Source: Macrostomum hystrix
Lineage: Eukaryota > Animalia > Platyhelminthes
Reading direction: 5' to 3'
DNA: 64,000 bases
Assembly: GCA_950097015.1 (NCBI GenBank)
Contig: CATNEN010000026.1
Coordinates: 434,001 to 498,000, forward strand
Shown in pieces: positions 50,985-62,294 of the stretch. The notes beneath the pieces were generated by a model. It worked only from the letters and a program-made list of their open reading frames with translations, had not been told where the DNA came from and ran no database searches. Numbering within the stretch: the first letter of the stretch is position 1; each line of letters begins with the position of its first letter. The position numbers were made by a program, and so were the translations under genes.

Positions 50985-52310
50985 ATAGATGGGATTTTAG
51001 TCGGGATTTAAAATGGGATTTTAGTCAAGATTTATAGATGGGATTTATAGATGGGATTTTTAGTCCGGTTTTATAGATGGGATTTTAGTCGGGATTTAAA
51101 ATGGGGTTTTTAGTCAGGATTTATAGATGGGATTTTTACTCAGGATTTATAGATGGGATTTTTAGTCGGGATTTATAGATGGGATTTTTACTCAGGATTT
51201 ATAGATGGGATTTTTAGTCGGGATTTATAGATGGGATTTTTAGTCAGGATTTATAGATGGGATTTTTAGTCAGGTTTTATAGATGGGATGGGATCTTTAG
51301 TCAGGATTTATAGATGGGATTTTTAGTCAGGTTTTATAGATGGGATGGGATTTTTAGTCGGGATTTATAGATGGGATTTTTAGTCAGGTTTTATAGATGG
51401 GATTTTAACTCAGGATTTATAGATGGGATTTTAACTCAGGATTTATAGATGGGATTTTTACTCAGGATTTATAGATAGGATTTTTAGTCAGGTTTTATAG
51501 ATGGGATTTTTACTCAGGATTTATAGATGGGATTTTTAGTCGGGATTTATAGATGGGATTTTTACTCAGGATTTATAGATGGGATTTTTACTCAGGAATT
51601 ATAGATGGGATTTTTAGTCGGGATTTATAGATGGGATTTTTAGTCAGGATTTATAGATGGGATGGGATTTTTAGTCAGGATTTATAGATGGGCTTTTTAG
51701 TGTGGATTTATAGATGGGATTTTTAGTCGGGATTTATAGATGGGGTTTTTAGTCAGGATTTATAGATGGGATGGGATTTTTAGTCAGGATTTATAGATGG
51801 GCTTTTTAGTGTGGATATAGATGGGATTTTTAGTCGGGATTTAAAGAAGGGATTTTTGTGCGGATTTATTGATGGGATTTTAGTTCAGGATTTATAGATG
51901 GGATGGGATTTTTAGTCAGGATTTATAGATGGGATTTTAGTCAGGATTTATAGATGGGATTTTTAGTGTGGATATAGATGGGATTTTTAGTCGGGATTTA
52001 TAGATGGGATTTTTAGTCAGGATTTATAGATGGGATGGGATTTTTAGTCAGGATTTATAGATGGGATTTTTTAGTCAGGATTTATAGATGGGATTTTTAG
52101 TCGGGATTTATAGATGGGATTTTTAGTCAGGATTTATAGATGGGATTTTTAGTCAGGATTTATAGATGGGATTTTTAGTCGGGATTTATAAATGGGATTT
52201 TAGTCGGGATTTATAGATGTGATTTTTAGTCGGGATTTATTGATGGGATTTTAGTCGGGATTTAAAGAAGGGATTTTTGTGCGGATTTATTGATGGGATT
52301 TTAGTTCAGG
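50985..52310. repeat. ~26-bp minisatellite (gggatttatagatgggatttttagtc)
   Basis: About 50 copies; a degenerate gggatt-rich lead-in starts ~50660. Confidence 0.93.
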
Positions 52311-52911
52311 ATAGCTTATCTAGATTTTTATTTGCTATTGCTTTATATTAAATTAAGGTGATTTTAAGATGGTATTACGAGAGTTAGAGAGATTACGCAC
52401 ATCTACAATTGTCTCTATCAAAAGTTTTTTATCCCAAAATAGTTTCCCACCAGGAGCGCTATTAAGAAGTCTAGGGTGGGATTTTGCACATCACCTGGCT
52501 TTCCAGTTAGGAATGACTTTAACAAAAATATTTCTCCCCTTGGTTGTGGCTGGCTCCAGCTGTAATGGATCAGTGCATACTCCACACCCCACTTAAGCTT
52601 CGGGACCTCCATAGCCGACTAAGCCACTATTTTGAAGAGAGTCCACAGGTAGAGCGCGATGGCTGGTTGATGGGGAAAAGAGGATAGCAATTATAAAAGC
52701 TTTAACCTGACATAGCAAAACTTTGCTTCTATTGGCAAAGCTAGCTGATAGTTTTATTGCGATGGGCACAATGACTTTGTTATCATTTCCCTGAGTGTCG
52801 ATGAAGAGTATCTAATAAATTATATTTGTTACAATAATTCACCCGATCAACACTAAAAATCAGAAGAAGTTAAATTTTTTTAGGATTTTGATATCAATAT
52901 TTGATATGAGA

Positions 52912-53485
52912 GGGCAATGGGGTGAGGGGGGAATGGGGTGAGAGGGCAATGGGGTGAGAGGGCAATGGGGTGAGAGGGCAATGGGGTGAGAGGGCAATGG
53001 GGTGAGAGGGCAATGGGGTGAGAGGGCAATGGGGTGAGAGGGCAATGGGGTGAGAGGGCAATGGGGTGAGAGGGAAATGGGGTGAGAGGGCAATGGGGTG
53101 AGAGGGCAATGGGGTGAGAGGGCAATGGGGTGAGAGGGCAATGGGGTGAGAGGGCAATGGGGTGAGAGGGCAATGGGGTGAGAGGGCAATGGGGTGAGAG
53201 GGCAATGGGGTGAGAGGGAAATGGGGTGAGAGGGCAATGGGGTGAGAGGGCAATGGGGTGAGAGGGCAATGGGGTGAGAGGGCAATGGGGTGAGAGGGCA
53301 ATGGGGTGAGAGGGCAATGGGGTGATAGGGCAATGGGGTGAGAGGGAAATGGGGTGAGAGGGCAATGGGGTGAGAGGGCAATGGGGTGAGAGGGCAATGG
53401 GGTGAGAGGGCAATGGGGTGAGAGGGCAATGGGGTGAGAGGGAAATGGGGTGAGAGGGCAATGGGGTGAGAGGGCAATGGAGTGA
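52912..53485. repeat. 16-bp G-rich minisatellite (gagagggcaatggggt)
   Basis: About 35 near-identical copies. Confidence 0.96.
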
Positions 53486-54134
53486 GAGGGGAATGGTGAG
53501 TCGTTAGAGGTTAACAATGGTTCATGTTGAGATTGGCTTATAATAAAAATTCTCTCGATACGCAATTGGAGGGTGAAAAATAAAAGGCAGTAATATTGAG
53601 TCTTGACTTACGATGCTGAACTTGGTTGGCAACAAGGTATTGATAGTTAATGAGTGACAGCTTCAGACTGTAGGAGGCCTGGCATCGGAGGCTGTAAAGT
53701 TGATGAAGAATTCAATGAGCTCAGCAAGGAGTTCCCATCTCAAAGCCGCAGTACATGTCACACAGGAAATTCTCCCAGGATGGGAAAATCATCCCAACAA
53801 GAGCGTTAGCTAATGTGCTTAAAGCAATCTGTGCTAATCTAAAAGCGACAGAAAATTTCAATAGAATTGAAAATAGAAGATCTAGTTCAGTCTTAAACGC
53901 TGCAATCTTGGACAGCTGTGAAGCAGTTGTAGGCAATGCAAAATACTGCACCAGCCGCACCAGATTGTGTTTTTTTCATTGTTGACAATTTAGAATAGCT
54001 GTACTTGAGGTCTACTTTATGACTGCAACTCTTTCATAGCTTTCAAAGCTCTGCGTTGCCAGGAAACACTAAAAATAGCTGCTATCGGATTCATCGACCT
54101 TCTGCTTTGGGCAAGCATCTTATCTCTCTAACAA

Positions 54135-54805
54135 ATCTAATCTCACTCTCTAACTAATCTTATCTCACCCTCTGACCAATCTAATCTCACCCTCTGACCA
54201 ATCTAATCTCTGCCTCTGACCAATCTAATCTCACCCTCTGACCAATCTAATCTCACCCTCTGACCAATCTAATCTCACCCTCTCACCAATCTAATCTCAC
54301 CCTCTGACCAATCTAATCTCACCCTCTGACCAATCTAATCCCACCCTCTAACTAATCTTAACCGACTCTCTGACCAATCTAATCTCTGCCTCTAGCTAAT
54401 CTTATCTCACTCTCTAACAAATATAATCTCACTCTCTAGCTAATCTTATCTCACTCTCTAACAAATCTAATCTCACTCTCTAGCTAATCTTATCTCATTC
54501 TTATAACAAATCTAATCTCACTCTCTAGCTAATCTTATCTCACTCTCTGACCAATCTAATCTCACTCTCTAGCTAATCTTATCTCATTCTTAACAAATCT
54601 AATCTCACTCTCTAACAAATATAATCTCACTCTCTAGCTAATCTTATCTCACTCTCTAGCTAATATAATCTCACTCTCTAGCTAATATTATCTCACTCTC
54701 TAGCTAATCTTATCTCACTCTCTAGCTAATATAATCTCACTCTCTAGCTAATATTATCTCACTCTCTTAACAAATCTAATCTCACTCTCAAACTAATCTA
54801 ATCTC
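54135..54805. repeat. 22-bp minisatellite (ccaatctaatctcaccctctga and variants)
   Basis: About 30 copies. Confidence 0.9.
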
Positions 54806-56472
54806 ATCATATAACTATAACCAATCTCTAGCAGCCCAACCTGTCAAACCTCGCTCGGTAACTGATCCAAGCGCAATAATTCAACTATTAAGTTCCCATG
54901 AGCTTCTAGCACGGGTCCCAATGCTAAACTGGGTCCGAATGACTTTGGCCTATTGAATTGCAGGTGTCGACTCTGTTGACTCTGTTCACTGTATCAGATT
55001 GCAGTGTCGCCTAGAAAATGATTTAAAAAAGGCTATTTTTTAAAGCAAAACATGCTTTTAATCTGTCAGATGTAGGCCGCAATCATTGTGCATTACGGCT
55101 GCCAAATTGGCCTCATAACTTTTAGTCCAGATGGCCTTGGACCTGTGACCTGTCAATCAGCTATAGAAGGCTGCATTGGAGAAGAAACAAAAACAACAAG
55201 ATTGCGCCACCTATTATTAGGGGCTGAGCGGGAGGGCAACCCCGCAACAAATTGTTTCTGATCCCCTGTCCTCGAAACTGCTTCTTTTACAATGACCGAA
55301 CCAACCCCTCTCTCTCTTTCTCGGTCTCTCTCTTGTCAAAACAAACTGCTCCTTCACAATTTCTGGCAGGGCTGATCTTCCGCCTACATAAAGGTAACAC
55401 AAAATATATTGACTATATATTGCAGCCATTACCCTTCCACTGATGGACGTCAGGGGCCGTGAGGAATCGCGTCCCATCCTGTCTGAGGAATCGCGTCCCA
55501 ACCGCTAGCCTCCCATTAAAAGATTTTTTTTCGTCCGCAATCACTGCTTCTTCAGCACTCTGCCGCAGACACACACAAACACACACACACATAGAGATAT
55601 TCAGAAAGCTCTCAACATAAAAAACTTGAACGAATGATTTGGCTGGGCATAAATCTACTTGGATACTCTCGATATTATATGCGGACAGGCAGACAGACAA
55701 ACTTAATATTTCTGGTCATGAATTACGGGACAATAAGGATATAGAAATACACCATTTAAAGAAGAAGTGAGGATAGTGAACGTCTGTTTCCAAGCCCTGA
55801 CCCAAGCGCCATAAAAGATAACGAAAATGGTGAGTCAAGTCAAGTGGCTGCAGATTCTGCCTGCCAGTGTTTTCTGGTCAGTTTTCTTACTTCTAGCTTT
55901 CAGAAAGAATTTAATTCTACAGCCCAGATCGCGTTAACTGACTTATAGCAGCTATAGAGATAAGGGATTGGCTCCCAATACCCATAGCCCAATAGCCCAA
56001 TTGCTATTTGTTTCTAGTGACGCTATATAGAGAACTCGCGGGAGGGTTCGGGGGGGGGCAAGATTAATAAGCTCGGGATCCTAATCCCAAATTTATTATA
56101 TGATTGCTCATATACTCAATTAATGCTTGATGGTTCTTATCGGCTGATGTCGCATTCTAGCTCAGTAGTGACTATACTCAAGTCATCCCTACGCGACTCC
56201 CAGCTTCAACTAGGGCTGTGCCAAAATTATTCATTTTGATGATAAAATTGCAGGCCTAAAAATTTGCTAGTTTCCTGGAAATCATCTCATTATTCACAAT
56301 TTGCAGAGCCAGGCTTCAATTATCATCCAATGCTAACTAATGTCTTAATATCTTAACATAGTTTTAAGACTAAATATTATTACTTTAAGTAGTCACTATA
56401 GATTAGTCAATGAGTTCGAATACTGTGAGACGGAGACGTATTTAAGTCTGTGCTTGGTTGACGTCGCGTATC

Positions 56473-57670
56473 CATCTCTCGCCTGCCTCATCTCTCACCT
56501 GCCTCATCTCTCCCTGTCTCATCTCTCCCCTGTCTCATCTCTCCCTGTCTCATCTCTCACCTGCCTCATCTCTCACCTGCCTCATCTCTCCCTGTCTCAT
56601 CTCTCCCCTGTCTCATCTCTCCCTGTCTCATCTCTCACCTGCCTCATCTCTCACCTGCCTCATCTCACCTGCCTCATCTCTCCCTGTCTCATCTCTCCCT
56701 GTCTCATCTCTCCCCTGTCTCATCTCTCCCCTGTCTCATCTCTCCCGTGTCTCATCTCTCCCTGTCTCATCTCTCCCCTGTCTCATCTCTCCCGTGTCTC
56801 ATCTCTCCCGTGTCTCATCTCTCCCTGTCTCATCTCTCCCGTGTCTCATCTCTCCCGTGTCTCATCTCTCCCTGTCTCATCTCTCCCCTGTCTCATCTCT
56901 CCCGTGTCTCATCTCTCGCCTGCCTCATCTCTCACCTGCCTCATCTCTCACCTGCCTCATCTCACCTGCCTCATCTCTCCCTGTCTCATCTCTCCCTGTC
57001 TCATCTCTCCCCTGTCTCATCTCTCCCCTGTCTCATCTCTCCCGTGTCTCATCTCTCCCTGTCTCATCTCTCCCCTGTCTCATCTCTCCCGTGTCTCATC
57101 TCTCCCGTGTCTCATCTCTCCCGTGTCTCATCTCTCCCTGTCTCATCTCTCCCGTGTCTCATCTCTCCCGTGTCTCATCTCTCCCTGTCTCATCTCTCCC
57201 CTGTCTCATCTCTCCCGTGTCTCATCTCTCCCCTGTCTCATCTCTCCCTGTCTCATCTCTCCCCTGTCTCATCTCTCCCTGTCTCATCTCTCCCTGTCTC
57301 ATCTCTCCCTGTCTCATCTCTCCCCTGTCTCATCTCTCCCGTGTCTCATCTCTCCCGTGTCTCATCTCTCACCTGTCTCATCTCTCACCTGTCTCATCTC
57401 TCACCTGTCTCATCTCTCACCTGTCTCATCTCTCACCTGTCTCATCTCTCCCGTGTCTCATCTCTCACCTGCCTCATCTCTCACCTGTCTCATCTCTTCC
57501 CCGTTTAAATTCTCCCTGTCTCATCTCTCCCGTGTCTCATCTCTCCCGTATCTCATCTCTCCCTGTCTCAAATCTCACCTGCCTCATCTCTCACCTGCCT
57601 CATCACCTGCCTCATATCTCTTCCCTGTTTAATTTCTCCCTGTCTCATCTCTCCCGTTTCTCATCTCTCC
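56473..57670. repeat. 16-bp minisatellite (ctcatctctcccgtgt), inverted copy of the 25.3/37.7-kb family
   Basis: Reverse complement of gggagagatgagacac, with 15-bp and acctgc variants. Confidence 0.95.
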
Positions 57671-57699
57671 CCTTGCTGATCTCACAGCCACCCTCAAAC

Positions 57700-57835
57700 C
57701 CTTGCTGATGCTGGTAACCCATTAAGCAGCTCACAGGATGAACTGAAACAATGCAGAGAAAATGTGTCATGCTAAATGGATTCGAACCCCAGACCTTTAA
57801 GTCGGAGGTGGGGAAAACAGGTTCCACTTTCGCTT
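57700..57835 (-). mobile_element. Possible decayed tRNA-derived SINE
   Basis: Minus strand has the B-box gggttcgaatcc, followed by ttcatcctgt..aatgggttacc; no intact cloverleaf. Confidence 0.3.
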
Positions 57836-58391
57836 CTGCCCCATTTGCAATTAAGCAACAAGACATTTCCAAGCAACCATAAGATTATCCTGAATTTCGA
57901 CAAAGCGATAAACAGGTTTTAAATTTTATCTTGAAGATATTTTTCCCAGTTGAAAAAAAACTGTTTCTGCTCGGTCACCGGATTAGCTATAATCCCCTAC
58001 GGTTGCCAGCATAATTTTCCCATTTTGCTAGCAGAAGCAATAGCCTGCTAGCGTAACATTAAGAAGGCCGGTAACCGTCGGATGGCTGAATTATTTGACT
58101 AAAATTTGTTGGCCTTCTGAATAATATGGCCGGCCTGTTTTGATAGAAATATTTGCGATTCTATAGTTTATTGCTGAACATTTGCTGCCTGATCTCGACA
58201 GCTTAACTTAATTCATTCATAGAATATTGCGAGAATTAGGGTACATTTAATTAGTAAATTAGTAAATTAACTAAGGGAAATATGGAGCAAGTAGGAAATT
58301 AGTTACCACACAGCATAACAATGTCATAATAAATATAATAAAAATAGAGATTATGGATTGAGATTAAGGGTAGAAATTAAGGTAGAGATTA

Positions 58392-59028
58392 AAGACAAAG
58401 ACAGAGACAAAGACAGAGATAAAGACAGAGATAAAGACAGAGACAAAGACAGAGACAAAGACAGAGACAAAGACAGAGACAAAAACAGAGACAAAGACAG
58501 ACAAAGACGGAGACAAAGACAGAGACAAAGACAGGGACAAAGACAGAGATAAAGACAGAGACAGAGACAGAGACAAAGACAGAGACAAAAACAGAGACAA
58601 AGACAGAGACAAAGACGGAGACAAAGACAGAGACAAAGACAGGGACAAAGACAGAGATAAAGACAGAGACAAAGACAGGGACAAAGACAGAGATAAAGAC
58701 AGAGACAAAGACAGAGATAAAGACAGAGATAAAGACAGAGACAAAGACAGAGACAAAGACAGAGATAAAGACAGAGATAAAGACAGAGATAAAGACAGAG
58801 ATAAAGACGGAGACAAGGACAGAGATAAAGACAGAGATAAAGACAGAGATAAAGACAGAGACAAAGACAGGGACAAAGACAGAGATAAAGACAGAGACAA
58901 AGACAGAGATAAAGACAGAGATAAAGACAGAGACAAAGACAGAGACAAAGACAGAGATAAAGACAGAGATAAAGACAGAGATAAAGACAGAGATAAAGAC
59001 AGAGACAAGGACAGAGACAAGGGCAGAG
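58392..59028. repeat. 12-bp repeat (aaagacagagac/t)
   Basis: Explains the (SL)n and (DKDR)n ORFs. Confidence 0.95.
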
Positions 59029-59409
59029 AAAAAGAATAGATAAGGATTGACAGTTTAGGGGTAGAAAAAAGGAATTATAAATTAGACATAAAGAGTAATA
59101 ATTAAAATGGAAAGGTGTTAATTAAATTCGACCTTGCCAGTTATTATCGCAGCACACAGGGAATATAGGACGGGGCATTGATATCAGGTGGCAATGGTTC
59201 GAGTCCACTTCGGAGGTAAAAACGGGCTCGCACTGGAATTCGAATCTGGTAACGCAGGAAGTTGCTTAGACAGGATGCGCCGGGACAGCAGGGGGCTGAC
59301 ATGCTGGTACCGTCTGCAGTTAAGCCGTGTCTTTTAGCCTTTCCCGTTTCTTCTGCTCGCGAAAGAATCTAGTTTCTAAGGACAGTAGCGTAGATTGCAA
59401 CTCGCGACG

Positions 59410-59714
59410 TGAATGAGATCGGTCATTGTTGAGTGAATGAGATCGGTCATTGTTGAGTGAATGAGATCGGTCATTGTTGAGTGCATGAGATCGGTCATTG
59501 TTGAGTGAATGAGATCGGTCATTGTTGAGTGAATGAGATCGGTCATTGTTGAGTGCATGAGATCGGTCATTGTTGAGTGAATGAGATTGGTCATTGTTGA
59601 GTGAATGAGATCGCTCATTGTTGAGTGAATGAGATCGGTCATTGTTGAGTGAATGAGATCGGTCATTGTTGAGTGAATGAGATCGGTCATTGTTGAGTGA
59701 ATGAGATCGCTCAT
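59410..59714. repeat. 24-bp minisatellite (gagtgaatgagatcggtcattgtt)
   Basis: About 12 copies. Confidence 0.95.
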
Positions 59715-60442
59715 TATTTTTGTTGATTAATAAATTAGATTAAGATTACCTATTTTTTGTAAATGAGTGAGGCATTGACACAGAGTAAAGAAAGATTACA
59801 TTAGCTTAAATCATGATGGGTGGTGAGTTTTGGGATTTGTATCCTTCAATGGGGAAGGTAAACTTCAAGAGTACGAAATTTATGTTGGCTGTTTTTTATG
59901 CAAGAATCACAGCACAGAGTCACTGAATATATTGATATTTTAACGCCTGTGTCCAATATTTAAAGTTTGGGATTTGAGAAACAACAAAAAATGACAGCAA
60001 AAAATAAACAACCAGGTGCTTACGAGTGAGTGTTCAATCGAGTCATCCTGTCATGAACATAACTTGTCTGAATTCCAGAATAATGGGATTTTGGACGATT
60101 TTTTATCGACCTGATGTCTTCGACATAATTCAAATCCCACAACGGATTTCCCAGACAGAGGGGAATCCGAAATGGATTTCCCTACAAAGTATAATCTGAT
60201 ATCCCATATATAAAAAATATATAGTTCCTAGCCTAACTGAGGTAAATTCAGAATCCTAACAATGAATTACCCTCAAAGGAGAATCTAAAAACGTCCCTTC
60301 TTTGTAAACTTCCCAAAGTGGATTCCCCTTCAAGGGAAAATCCCAAAAATTGATTTGTCCGATGGATTCTCCTGAAAATGGATTTCCCTTTCAAGGGAGA
60401 ATGCCTAAATTCGAACGGGAAATCCTAGTTATAGTTAGCTTC

Positions 60443-61090
60443 TCATTGTCGATGGTGCTTGCGCGAGTGCAAAGCCAAATGATCGGAGCGGCTGAAGGCC
60501 CTCTCGCAAAGCCCGCATTTGTAGGGCCGCTGGCCCGTGTGCTTCAGGCAGTGCCTCGCCAGCTCGTCCGACCTGGAGAAGCGCCAATCACAGCCTGTCC
60601 AGGTGCAGCTGTACGGCTTCTCGCCAGTGTGTGCTCGAAAGTGAGCCTTCAGGTGAGAGCTCTTGCTGTAGACCTTGTCGCAGCCGGTTAGCGGGCAGGT
60701 GTGCCCAGCCGCGTTGTCGGCCACGCTGCCGCCACTGAAGTCGGCGGTCGACTCGATGTCGGCGTTCGTCAAGCGTCGACGACACTTCGCGACACTGCGT
60801 CGCTTCGCCGGCTGCTTCGTCGTCTTGGTCTTCGTTTTGGTCGAAGTTGCAGACGATACAACTCCTAGACGAGGAGGCGCGGTGTCTGCGGCATCATCAA
60901 TGGCGCCCTGCAGATAGTTGAGAATGCCCTGCAGCTCGATGTCCCCGATAGTGGCCGGCGTCGAAAACGTAGGGTCGATTGGAGACTCGTCGGTTGCCGG
61001 CCAGTGGTCGATAATAAAGTCGAGATCGAGGGTCGGCTCCGAGCTTTCCAGCTCGGCCTCCGAGGCCAGCTGAGGCTGGCTGGTCAGCTG
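60443..61090 (-). CDS. Kruppel-like factor (three C-terminal C2H2 fingers), KLF1/2/4/17-like; main coding exon
   Basis: [83 protein letters not shown], plus an N-terminal LDLDFI motif like KLF2/4. Acceptor ccttcag|CAG at 61091/61090. Confidence 0.92.
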   Translation of the reverse strand, partial: QLTSQPQLASEAELESSEPTLDLDFIIDHWPATDESPIDPTFSTPATIGDIELQGILNYLQGAIDDAADTAPPRLGVVSSATSTKTKTKTTKQPAKRRSVAKCRRRLTNADIESTADFSGGSVADNAAGHTCPLTGCDKVYSKSSHLKAHFRAHTGEKPYSCTWTGCDWRFSRSDELARHCLKHTGQRPYKCGLCERAFSRSDHLALHSRKHHRQ

Positions 61091-61204
61091 CTGAAGGTAT
61101 CGAAAATAGCGAATTGGAAGGCCAGAAAATCTTGGTTGCTGAGATAAATTTGTATGCATTCTCTCTGATTAAAATTCTCCTGCGAGAAGTTCCCAGTGCA
61201 ACTC

Positions 61205-61810
61205 CTTTTGGGAGAATCCCAATATGGGATTTTCCTGGGAGAATCTCTAGATAGGATATTCCTGGGAGAATCTCTAGATAGGATTTTCCTAGGATAATCT
61301 CTAGATAGGATTTTCCTGGGAGAATCTCTAGATATGATTTTCCTAGGAGAATCTCTAGATAGGATTTTCCTAGGAGAATCTCTAGATAGGATTTTCCTGG
61401 GAGAATCTCTAGATATGATTTTCCTAGGAGAATCTCTAGATAGGATTTTCCTGGGAGAATCTCTAGTTAGGATTTCCTGGGAGAATCTCTAGATAGGATT
61501 TTCCTGGGAGAATCCAAAGATTGGATTTTCCTGGTAGAAAATAAAGATAGGATTTTCCTAGGAGAATCTCTAGATAGGATTTTCCTGGGAGAATCTCTAG
61601 ATAGGATTTTCCTGGGAGAATCTCTAGATAGGATTTTCCTAGGAGAATCTCTAGATAGGATTTTCCTGGGAGAATCTCTAGATAGGATTTTCCTGGGAGA
61701 ATCTCTAGATAGGATTTTCCTGGGAGAATCTCTAGATAGGATTTTCCTAGGAGAATCTCTAGATAGGATTTTCCTGGGAGAATCTCTAGATAGGATTTTC
61801 CTGGGAGAAT
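61205..61810. repeat. 27-bp minisatellite (gggagaatctctagataggattttcct) in the KLF intron
   Basis: About 21 copies. Confidence 0.94.
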
Positions 61811-61838
61811 CGCTTTCTGTAAGAAAGTAAATTGTTAC

Positions 61839-61937
61839 CCAATCCGGCTGAGTACAGCAGCAGCACAATGCGGTGCTGCCGTCTTGTCTGGCAAACATGA
61901 CGAAAAGTCGGCCTTGAGGAATTGAAGAGTGTGACAT
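61839..61937 (-). CDS. Putative first coding exon of the KLF gene (MSHSS...CCCCTQPDW)
   Basis: ATG at 61937 and a phase-0 donor TGG|gtaaca compatible with the acceptor at 61090; no homology support. Confidence 0.35.
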
Positions 61938-62294
61938 TATACCTCCCAATTCGCAGGTGAAATAAATAAACCTGTTAAGCGTCTCTATGTAAAAAATTAT
62001 CAATCACGTGTTTTATCATCAGAGAAGTTTGAGCAAACCTGCTTCTAAAGGAGCTTATGAAGTTGCTTATTCGCTAACACGGATCTGCAACCAATCAACA
62101 GGTGACACAATCTCATCCAGGAAAGACTAATACTACATAATTGATTTCGATTTCGTTTGTCTGAATCAATAAATAAGCGAGGTAGAGCTAAGAAAATATT
62201 AATTTCAGAGTCAGAGTCAATCGATTATTTTTAATTAGCTAAAAAGGCAAGGAGTGCCTTGTACTCAAAACTTATCAAGTGTTTGGAGTGGCTG

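Noticed and set aside
58358-59020. (SL)n and (DKDR)n ORFs
   Set aside because: Translations of a 12-bp simple repeat.
59190-59215. tRNA gene (B-box ggttcgagtcc)
   Set aside because: No A-box at the correct spacing and no cloverleaf; at most a SINE relic.
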